A DNA stretch of 64,000 bases from an uncultured Actinomycetota bacterium (lineage in GTDB: Bacteria > Actinomycetota > Acidimicrobiia > Acidimicrobiales > Bog-793): the NCBI GenBank assembly GCA_963769255.1, contig CAVYKV010000003.1, positions 610,309 through 674,308 on the forward strand. Direction: 5' to 3'. A program made the translations under genes and the position numbers. This document shows, piece after piece, positions 39,215-46,744 of the stretch. How positions within the stretch are numbered: position 1 is the stretch's first letter; every line of letters begins with the position of its first letter. The notes beneath the pieces were generated by a model. It did not search any database. It had not been told where the DNA came from and was given only the letters and a program-made list of their open reading frames with translations.

Positions 39215-39683
39215 CCGGCTCGGACTCAGACCGAGGTCAGGTTCCGCCCGTACCTGCTCGCTCGTCAACTCGTGGTCGTGCGAGCCACGGACGTGCTCCT
39301 GCACGGCGGCAACGAGATGATCGATGGCGTCGTCGCCGGTGACGTGAAACGAGACTCCGCAAGGACACGCAGCCTGCCGGCCGGCTCCGAAGGGCGACCC
39401 GGTGAAGTCCACGATGACGCACGGCTCGTCGCCGATCACCCAGGCATCGTGGCCCGGCCCACCACGTGAGCGTCCCCCGGACCCAGCTCGAGCTCGTCCC
39501 CGTCGTCCATTTGCACGTGAAAGGCGCCGGAGGTGACCAGCGCGACGTGCGCAACCTGGCACGAGTCGGTACCGGCGATCGGCTTCATGTCCACCGACCA
39601 GCGCCAGCCGGGCCGGAGGACGGCGCGCGCGAACGTCACTCCGCCTACCGTTACCGACTGGACGTCGCCCCGATCGAAGCTGA
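39215..39683 (-). pseudogene. Cupin domain plus DUF1059-like C-terminal segment, frame-disrupted near 39456-39463; 3' end uncertain
   Basis: FDRGDVQSVTVGGVTFARAVLRPGWRWSVDMKPIAGTDSCQVAHV...ELGPGDAHVV is in one frame. PGHDAWVIGDEPCVIVDF...CPCGVSFHVTGDDAIDHLVAAVQEHVRGSHDHELTSEQV follows in another frame, and one missing G in a G-run would join them. There is no in-frame stop before the GYD gene, so the true end is unclear. Confidence 0.5.
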
Positions 39684-40395
39684 GAAACGGGATCCCGTCG
39701 GCGGCTCGCTGCACTCGGGCCACCGTCTCGTCGTCGGCGCCGGGGACGCAGGCCCGCACCATCTGAACCACGAGGGCGGGATCGAGTCGTTCCATCGCGA
39801 GATGCCGCGCGCTGCGAGCTCCAAGCAGCCGACCGGTCACTTCGCCCGCCAAGCACGGCACGTCGTCCCTGGCGGTCATCAGGAAGAGCACGGGAGCTGC
39901 GGTGAGGTTGTCGGCCAAGTACTCGGCAATGGCCAGGGTGTGGGGATCGGACCAATGCAGATCCTCCAGCACGAACACGAGGCCATCCGGGTCGGCCAGC
40001 CGACTCAGGAGCCGGATGATCGCCTCCGCCCGCACCGGTGATGACGCCTTCGCTGCGCTCTCGCCGGCAAGCGTCGGCACGATCGCCCCGAGGGCCGGCA
40101 ACCACGGAGCGAGCTCCGCGTCCGCGAGCGGCTCTCTCCCCCGGATGCACTGCAGCAAGGCTTCGGTGAGCGCCCGGTACGGCGTCGTGGCGCCGTTCGG
40201 CACGCCGCGGCCAATGCCGACCACCGCACCTCCTGAGCGGGCCGTCGCCGCCAGCTCTCGCGCCAGTCGCGACTTGCCGATCCCCGCCTCGCCCGTCAGG
40301 CAGACCACGCGGCCCTGCCCACGGAGTGCCGCCTGCAACGCCGAGTCCAGCTCGGCGAGCTCGGCCGCCCGCCCCACGACGATCGGGCAGAGCAC
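39684..40395 (-). pseudogene. N-terminal AAA (AAA_16-type, LuxR-family-like) ATPase fragment joined in frame to the cupin segment
   Basis: GRAAELAELDSAL...LTGEAGIGKSRLAREL...VLEDLHWSD...ADGIPFL, then an abrupt switch to cupin sequence. The expected ~600 aa TPR/HTH remainder is absent. The start codon is uncertain (GTG at 40395 is one of several). Confidence 0.5.
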
Positions 40396-40489
40396 GTCGG
40401 CCACGACAACAATGTGGCGCACGCGCCGGAGCTCTCTCAGCACGAGCGAGGGTTGGTTGCCACGGGACGGGTGGCTGCGCCGTCCTGGC

Positions 40490-40517
40490 TTGACACATGC
40501 CGATAATGGAATATATT
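40490..40517 (+). promoter_or_regulatory. Near-consensus promoter (TTGACA-16 nt-TATATT), possibly giving a leaderless arsR transcript
   Basis: TTGACA at 40490-40495 and TATATT at 40512-40517. The in-frame GTG at 40524 lies 6 nt after the -10 element. Confidence 0.45.
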
Positions 40518-40865
40518 GGTCACGTGGCTCGTGCTTCCACGACATCGGATGTCTTCAACGCAGTGGCCGAGGTACACCGTCGCGACATCCTGGACCTGCT
40601 GGTCGGAGGCGAGAAGGCGGTCGGAACGATCGTGAACGACCTCTCGATGTCCCAGCCGCAGGTGTCGAAGCACCTCCGGGTACTCAGTGAGGTGGGACTC
40701 GTCAAGTGCCGGGCGGAGGGGCGACGTCGGCTCTACCGACTGGAACCCGTCCACCTCCGGCCGTTGCGAGAGTGGCTGGTCAAGTACGAGCAGGCGTGGA
40801 ACGACCGGATGAACCGGATGGACGACTACCTCAAACAGCTACAACAACAAGGAGAGCCTCAGTGA
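40497..40865 (+). CDS. ArsR/SmtB family transcriptional regulator
   Basis: RRDILDLLVGGEKAVGTIVNDLSMSQPQVSKHLRVLSEVGLV forms the HTH. An alternative leaderless start is GTG at 40524. Confidence 0.85.
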   Translation: MPIMEYIGHVARASTTSDVFNAVAEVHRRDILDLLVGGEKAVGTIVNDLSMSQPQVSKHLRVLSEVGLVKCRAEGRRRLYRLEPVHLRPLREWLVKYEQAWNDRMNRMDDYLKQLQQQGEPQ

Positions 40866-41488
40866 CCCGTCAACGGCATGGATCGGCGATCGTCGAGTTT
40901 CCGAATGACCTCGAAGTCCTCCTCACGCGGGACTTCGATGCACCGATCGAATTGGTCTTCGACGTCTTGACGAAGCCGGAGCACGTGAACAATTGGTTCG
41001 CTCCCTTCGAGGACAAGATGACGGTGTGCTCGATCGACCTGCGCGTCGGGGGGAGCTACCACATGGTCTTCGTGACGTCGGACGGAACCGAGTGCTCCTT
41101 TCGTGGTACCTACCTGGAGGTCGAGCGGCCGACCCGGTTGGTCGACACATGGCTGTTCGAAGGTTGGCCCGACGCCGAGGCCGTCGAGACCGTCGTCCTG
41201 CACGAAGCTGACGGGGTGACGACGATGACGAACAGCCTGGCGTTCCGCGACAAGGCTGGCCGTGACCACATGAGCAAGACCGATGGCATGGAAGACAGCT
41301 TCGACAAGCTGGAGGACTACTTGAGATCAGTCGTGGATCCGAACGGAACCACCCCCGGCCGGCGGCGGGCAGGCACGCAGACAGAGCAGGACGGTCGGCG
41401 GTCAGAACTGGTGGGCGGCTACTCTTGCTCGGACAGCGAGGGCAGCGGCGGGCGTTCCAGGCACCCGCCGGAGCGAAGGGGGCCTTGA
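40862..41488 (+). CDS. SRPBCC/AHSA1 (Aha1-like) domain protein with a basic C-terminal tail
   Basis: LTRDFDAPIELVFDVLTKPEHVNNWFAP...GGSYHMVF...FRGTYLEVERPTRLV. The GTG start overlaps the arsR stop. Its own stop shares one base with the next ATG (TGATG). Confidence 0.8.
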   Translation: MTRQRHGSAIVEFPNDLEVLLTRDFDAPIELVFDVLTKPEHVNNWFAPFEDKMTVCSIDLRVGGSYHMVFVTSDGTECSFRGTYLEVERPTRLVDTWLFEGWPDAEAVETVVLHEADGVTTMTNSLAFRDKAGRDHMSKTDGMEDSFDKLEDYLRSVVDPNGTTPGRRRAGTQTEQDGRRSELVGGYSCSDSEGSGGRSRHPPERRGP

Positions 41489-44406
41489 TGCGCGTTCTCG
41501 ACGATCGTGTCGCGAGGTCGGGACGCCGGGTGGTGGCGGTGAATCTGGCTCTGCTCGCCGGGGTCGTGGCGATCGGAGTCGGCCCGGCGGCCGCAACAGT
41601 TCCGAACGACCAGGTGTTGTCGCCGGCCCATGGGGCCGTGCTGGGGGTCCTTCATAACGGCGGCATCTCTGGGACGATCGCGGACCCCTTGGGCGTTGGT
41701 GTGGCGGGGGTCTGCGTCACCGCTCTCGCCGGCGGTCGCGTCTCAGCAGCGGCCAGGAGCGGAACGGGCGGCACCTTCGTCCTCAGCGACCTTCCGGCCG
41801 GCCGTTACCGTCTGCAGGTCGCCCCTTGCACGACGATCCCGTCGTACTTTCCCACCTTCTACCCTGCGATCACGGACACGGCGACGAGCGACCTCGTCGC
41901 CGTCCGGGCCGGTCAGCTCACCGACGGTCTGCACGTCGTGGTGTATCCGACCGGCGGAGACCGGTCGCTGCGCTCCGAGCTCAAGACGGCGATCCGGACG
42001 CGGCCCGAAGATCGAGCCCGCTCCGGTGGGTCGATCTCGGGAACCGTGAGCAATTCCTCCGGCCACGGTCTCGCGGGCATCTGTGTGGTGGCGACGGAAC
42101 GATCAGGGGTGGGCTTCGGCTCGGGCACCACGAAGTCCAACGGGACCTACACCATGACGAGTCTGTCGGCCGGCACCTACATCGTCGAATTCCTCACGTG
42201 CGGCGGGACGACGTCCTACGTGTCGCAGTGGTACAAGGACGAGACCTCATCGACGAGGGCCAATCCCGTCGCGGTCGGTACCGGCAACACACCGGACATC
42301 AACGCCAAGATGATCCAGGCCGGGTCGATCAGTGGCACGGTGACCGGCGGAGGAGCGGGCCTCTCCAGTCTCTGCGTGGTAGCTGAAGGGCTCGGGACCT
42401 CGTCCGGCAGTACCGGTTCTGCAGTGACCGGGTCGAACGGCGGCTACACGATCACTGGCCTCGCTCCTGGCAGCTTTGCCGTGGAGTTCGAAAACTGCGG
42501 GCCGTCAGGCAACTGGGCCCCGCAGTGGTACCACGGCCAGCCGCAGTACACGACCTCGACCGCCGTCCGGGTCACCAGTGCTCACAACACCGTGATCACG
42601 ACCGCAACCATGCAACCCGGTGGGGAAATGAGCGGCAAGGTGACGAACAGCTCCGGCGCCGGTGACACCGGCGTCTGCGTCTATGTGGCAAGCGACGACG
42701 GGGCGAATTACGACTACAGCGGCAACCCCACCGACAGCGACGGCACCTACACCATCGCGAATCTTCCGACCGACGCCTACAACGTCTTCTATTTCCCGGG
42801 CTGCGGGTCCGGCCCGGAGGACCGATACTTTGAAGGCGAGCCGCTAGCGAGCAAGGCGAATCCCGTGTCGGTCGTCGCCGGTACCGTGACGGCAGAAGTC
42901 AATGAGACGCTCGTCACCGGCGGCTCCATCACCGGCCGAGTCGTCAGCTCGGCAAACACCCCCCTGAGCACGATTTGTGTGACGGCGACATCGACGGCCG
43001 TATTCGAGACGGCCGTGACGATCAGCGACGGGAGCTATGTCCTGCCCGGGCTCCTGCCCACTTCCTACACGATCGAGTTCAGCACGTGCGAGAGCGCCGG
43101 CAACTACGCGCCGCAGTGGTTCGACGGCCAACCGTCGTCGACCTCGGCCAAGACGGTGACCGTGACAGAGGGAGCAACGACGCCGAACATCGATGCAACC
43201 CTCGAGACAGGTGGCATCCTCTCCGGCAGGGTGATGAATGCGAGCAGCAAGCCCGAGAGTGGGGTGTGCATCCTGGCGGTCGCCAAGAAGGCGGGTTTCC
43301 TCGGTGGGTCGGCCTTCAGCGCCCCCAACGGGACGTACGCCATCAGCGGCCTGGACACCGCAAGCTACGTCGTCTCCTTCTCAATCGCAGGCTGCGGCAA
43401 TGCAGGCAACCTCGCTCCGCAGGTCTACAAGGCCTCTTCGTCCTTCGCTGGCGGCGCGGCGGTGTCGGTGAGGCTGGGCAGATCCACGACGGGCATCGAC
43501 GCCCACCTCCTGACCGGAGGGATCATCTCCGGAACTGTGAAGAACGCCGCACACGTGGCCCTCGGTGGCATTTGCGTGAAGGCAGACGGAAGCCTCATCA
43601 CGGTGGACACGGCGACGGAGCCAAACGGCACCTACACGATCGACGGCTTGTCGAGTGGCGCCTACACCGTCTCGTTCTCGACGGGCTGCGGCAACGACGG
43701 CAACTTCCTGTTCCAGTACTACAAGGACAAGCCGAGCCTCGGGACTGCCAGCGCCGTTCGCGTGACGGCCGGCAAGCTGACGAAGGGCATCGACGCCACC
43801 CTCGTGGCGGGCGGGACGGTGAGCGGAACGGTCACGGGCTCGAAAGGGCCGCTGCTCGGGATGTGCGTGGAGGCGGTCGGTCCTGCCGTCGGGACGGCGG
43901 AGACTTCGATCACTGGAACCTATGTCCTCTCGGGTCTTCCGAGCGGCAAGTACGCCGTCGAGGTCTCGACGACGTGCGCAGAGATGCCCTACGGGGACTG
44001 GTTGACCGAGTACTACAAAGGTTCCTCCTCGCGAGCTTCGGCCACGCTCGTACAGGTGAAGGCGGGGCACGGCGTGAGCGGCATCGACTTCGCCGTGTCA
44101 CGCGCCGGCACCATGACGGGCACGGTGACGGCCGCCACAGGTGACGAAGCGCTCTCGGAGATCTGTGCGAAGGCGTTCCCGGCGGCAGGCGGACCCTTCG
44201 ACGTCGCCATCACGACGGCGAACGGCAACTTCGAGTTCGTGGGCTTGCAACCTGGCACCTACAAGGTCGAGTTCACCACCGGTTGCGGCAACACCGGCGG
44301 GTACGCCACTCAGTGGTTCCGGCGTCAGTCCTCAGAAAGCGCGGCCACGCCGGTGAAGGTGACGGCGGGCGCGAACACCTCCGGCGTGAACGCTGCGCTG
44401 ACCTGA
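41488..44406 (+). CDS. Large secreted protein with nine carboxypeptidase-regulatory-like (CarboxypepD_reg/Cna-B-like) repeats
   Basis: Signal/anchor RRVVAVNLALLAGVVAIGVGPAAA. Nine ~95-100-aa units fit the pattern G(G)xISGTV..G..L.G(I/V)CV.A....T..NGTYT(I)..L..G.Y.V.F..CG..GN.APQWY, each with conserved Cys residues. I see no sortase motif. Confidence 0.85.
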   Translation: MRVLDDRVARSGRRVVAVNLALLAGVVAIGVGPAAATVPNDQVLSPAHGAVLGVLHNGGISGTIADPLGVGVAGVCVTALAGGRVSAAARSGTGGTFVLSDLPAGRYRLQVAPCTTIPSYFPTFYPAITDTATSDLVAVRAGQLTDGLHVVVYPTGGDRSLRSELKTAIRTRPEDRARSGGSISGTVSNSSGHGLAGICVVATERSGVGFGSGTTKSNGTYTMTSLSAGTYIVEFLTCGGTTSYVSQWYKDETSSTRANPVAVGTGNTPDINAKMIQAGSISGTVTGGGAGLSSLCVVAEGLGTSSGSTGSAVTGSNGGYTITGLAPGSFAVEFENCGPSGNWAPQWYHGQPQYTTSTAVRVTSAHNTVITTATMQPGGEMSGKVTNSSGAGDTGVCVYVASDDGANYDYSGNPTDSDGTYTIANLPTDAYNVFYFPGCGSGPEDRYFEGEPLASKANPVSVVAGTVTAEVNETLVTGGSITGRVVSSANTPLSTICVTATSTAVFETAVTISDGSYVLPGLLPTSYTIEFSTCESAGNYAPQWFDGQPSSTSAKTVTVTEGATTPNIDATLETGGILSGRVMNASSKPESGVCILAVAKKAGFLGGSAFSAPNGTYAISGLDTASYVVSFSIAGCGNAGNLAPQVYKASSSFAGGAAVSVRLGRSTTGIDAHLLTGGIISGTVKNAAHVALGGICVKADGSLITVDTATEPNGTYTIDGLSSGAYTVSFSTGCGNDGNFLFQYYKDKPSLGTASAVRVTAGKLTKGIDATLVAGGTVSGTVTGSKGPLLGMCVEAVGPAVGTAETSITGTYVLSGLPSGKYAVEVSTTCAEMPYGDWLTEYYKGSSSRASATLVQVKAGHGVSGIDFAVSRAGTMTGTVTAATGDEALSEICAKAFPAAGGPFDVAITTANGNFEFVGLQPGTYKVEFTTGCGNTGGYATQWFRRQSSESAATPVKVTAGANTSGVNAALT

Positions 44407-44460
44407 GGGTCGTGAGCTGGAGGATTACCTCTTGTCACTGCTCGAGAGAGAAGGGGCGCG

Positions 44461-45192
44461 TTGAAACTGCTGCTGACGTCTTCCGGCATCGCGAACGCGA
44501 GCATCCACGAGGCGCTCGTCGTTCTACTGGGCAAGCCGATTGAGGAGTCGAGCGCTCTCGTCATCCCGACCGCGATCTACCCCTTCCCGGGCGGAGGTGG
44601 CCATGCATGGGAGGCGATCTCTGGAAGGAGCAAGAGTCTCTTCGCCGGATTGGGCTGGAAGTCCTTGGGAGTGCTGGAGCTCTCCGTGCTGCCCAGCATC
44701 GACGAAGAATGTTGGGTCCCTGCGGTGCAGGAGACCGACGCCTTGCTGGTTTGGGGCGGCGATCCAGTGTTCTTGTCGTACTGGATGCGGCGATCCGGGC
44801 TTGCAGACATCTTGCCCTCGGTGCCTCACGACACGGTCTACCTGGGGGTGAGCGCCGGGAGCATCGCAGCAACCTCCACCTTTGCAGAGACGTACCGTGA
44901 ACCGCGTCGCGGCAGGGGCGAAGAGCTCTCGACAGAAGACATCGTTTTCGATACACCCGACGGCGAACTGCGCATGATCCTGGTCAAGGCTCACGGAGTC
45001 GGCTTGGTGGATTTTGCGATCATTCCGCACGTGGACAACGCGGACCACCAAGACGTGGCCATCGCGGAACAGTGGGCCGAGAGGATAAACGCGCCGACGT
45101 ACGCGATTGACGACCAGACCGCCATCCAGGTGACTGACGGCAACGTCGAGGTCGTCTCCGAAGGGACCTGGAAGCTCTTCAACTCTTCCTGA
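44461..45192 (+). CDS. Peptidase S51 (dipeptidase E-like) / class-I glutamine amidotransferase-like protein
   Basis: MKLLLTSSGI...VYLGVSAGSIAA nucleophile region. The start is TTG after GAAGGGG. GC is lower than the surroundings. Confidence 0.75.
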   Translation: MKLLLTSSGIANASIHEALVVLLGKPIEESSALVIPTAIYPFPGGGGHAWEAISGRSKSLFAGLGWKSLGVLELSVLPSIDEECWVPAVQETDALLVWGGDPVFLSYWMRRSGLADILPSVPHDTVYLGVSAGSIAATSTFAETYREPRRGRGEELSTEDIVFDTPDGELRMILVKAHGVGLVDFAIIPHVDNADHQDVAIAEQWAERINAPTYAIDDQTAIQVTDGNVEVVSEGTWKLFNSS

Positions 45193-45349
45193 CGGAGCTG
45201 CTCAGCGCTCGAGAGAGTCCGACTCGCTCGCCTCGCGCCGTCACTCGCTGTCATCGGGTCGGGGCCGACGACCGGGACTAACGTGGCTTCGGGCAGCGGG
45301 CTGCTCGGCGCTCAAGGGATGGGTCGCCGGCCCGGGCGAGGAGGCACCC

Positions 45350-46597
45350 TTGGAACGCGAGAGGCCTGAGACGACGGCGGCATCCGAAGCATCCTTGACG
45401 ACGCGAAGGGCCCTGCTGCTCGGCGGGGCTGCCGGGCTGGCCGGTATGACGGCGAGCCTCGTTGTCGGGGCAGAGCCTGCCGGGGCCGCCAACGCCAAGC
45501 CAGTCGAGTTGGGCGAATCGAATGTGGCCACTGCCACGACGTCGGTCACCAATGGTGACTGGGTCGCCCTGCTGGCAGACAAGAACCGATCTTGTGGTAT
45601 CCAGGGGCAGGACAACATTGCCGGTGACACCGGATTCGGCGTCTATGGGATATCGCTGAACGGCACCGGTGTCTATGGGCAAACGTCTGGGAGTGGCGGC
45701 CACGCAGGTGTCCTGGGCTGGACATATAGTGACCAAGCGATTGGTGTCAAGGGCGTCGACGTCAGTACCGGCGGCGGCTCGGGCGTGTACGGCGAATCGC
45801 CCAACGGCGTTGGGGTGCATGGCACGACCGCTGGCCACGGGCAGAGCGGAGTAGCCGGCAAGGACACCAGCGCCAAAGGCGGGTACGGGGTGTCGGGAAG
45901 CTCAGTTGCTGGTACCGGTGTCTCCGGAACCTCGACCGACGCATGGGGTGTGTACGGGAGCTCGACCGGCGGCACGGGTGTGCATGGCACCACCGCCGCC
46001 GACGGGCAGAGTGGGGTGACCGGCGCCGACACGAGCCGCGGCGGCGGGCACGGTGTGTACGGAACGTCTTCCGCAGGCGTCGGCATATACGGCGAGACCT
46101 CGGGAAGTGCGCAGCATGCCGTCGAAGGTCACGACGCCAGCGTCGATGGGGGCACCGCCGTCTACGGCGGCTCGACTCGGGGATACGGCGTGCTCGGCAT
46201 CTCGAATGGAGCAACCGGGGTCGAGGGGAGAACCTTCGGCGATGGCTCGACGGGGGTGTACGGCCTCGATGCGAGTACCAAGGGGGGCACGGGCGTCTAC
46301 GCGGAGTCGACTGCCGGCACCGGTCTCTACGCCAGCTCGACCAGCGGAACGGCCCTCGACGTGAAGGGCCCGGTCCGCTTCTCCACAAGCGGGGTTGCAA
46401 CCGTGCCGAAGGGAGCGAGCAAGGTCGAGGTCACCTTGGCGGGGGTGACGGCGGCCAGCCTGATCTTGGCCACGCCCCAGGCCGAGGCCGCCGGCATCTA
46501 CGTCGGCTCTGCCGTACCGGGCGCCGGATCGTTCACCATCAACCTGTCGGGGACGGTCACGAATGCCCTCGATGTTGCCTGGTTCGTCATCGGATAG
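45350..46597 (+). CDS. Tat-signal secreted Gly-rich repeat protein (beta-solenoid-like), unknown function
   Basis: TTRRALLLGGAAGLAGMTA twin-arginine signal. About 20 degenerate repeats of G(V/I)(Y/H/S)G.(S/T)..G.G. A non-repetitive C-terminal ~90 aa. The TTG start lies 7 nt after GAGGAGG. Confidence 0.75.
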   Translation: MERERPETTAASEASLTTRRALLLGGAAGLAGMTASLVVGAEPAGAANAKPVELGESNVATATTSVTNGDWVALLADKNRSCGIQGQDNIAGDTGFGVYGISLNGTGVYGQTSGSGGHAGVLGWTYSDQAIGVKGVDVSTGGGSGVYGESPNGVGVHGTTAGHGQSGVAGKDTSAKGGYGVSGSSVAGTGVSGTSTDAWGVYGSSTGGTGVHGTTAADGQSGVTGADTSRGGGHGVYGTSSAGVGIYGETSGSAQHAVEGHDASVDGGTAVYGGSTRGYGVLGISNGATGVEGRTFGDGSTGVYGLDASTKGGTGVYAESTAGTGLYASSTSGTALDVKGPVRFSTSGVATVPKGASKVEVTLAGVTAASLILATPQAEAAGIYVGSAVPGAGSFTINLSGTVTNALDVAWFVIG

Positions 46598-46598
46598 G

Positions 46599-46648
46599 TG
46601 GTGGAGGTGAGCGGACTCGAACCGCCGACTTCCACGTCGCGAACGTGT
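46599..46648 (-). repeat. tRNA-Ala(CGC)-like 3' fragment with encoded CCA (att-like direct repeat 1)
   Basis: The minus strand reads ACACG-TTCGCGA-CGTGG-AAGTC-GGCGG-TTCGAGT-CCGCT-CACCTCC-A-CCA. This covers the anticodon arm, T-arm, 3' acceptor strand, A73 and U70. There is no matching 5' acceptor strand or D-arm upstream. Confidence 0.7.
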
Positions 46649-46744
46649 CTGCGGTGGATCAACCAAGTTCGACGGGGTTTCTCGTGGTCGCGCTCCGACG
46701 GCCGGTCCGATGCCGCTCATTGAGGCCGCCGGAGTTCCACCGAT

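Noticed and set aside
38585-40498. 637-aa minus-strand ORF.
   Set aside because: Only about 39215-39460 (the cupin C-terminal strand plus the DUF1059-like segment) looks genuine. Elsewhere it overlaps the GYD gene and the AAA fragment in wrong frames and gives Arg/Gly-rich nonsense.
45650-46330. Periodic nucleotide repeats, considered as a tandem repeat or CRISPR-like array.
   Set aside because: The periodicity is degenerate and has no spacer/repeat alternation. It corresponds exactly to the Gly-rich protein repeats of the Tat-exported ORF.
46599-46700. Whether either tRNA-like segment is a complete tRNA, tRNA-Sec or tmRNA gene.
   Set aside because: I tried to fold both copies. Upstream of the anticodon arm there is no strand complementary to CACCTCC and no D-arm, in either the 73-nt or the ~90-98-nt register. 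I therefore call them fragments, not genes.
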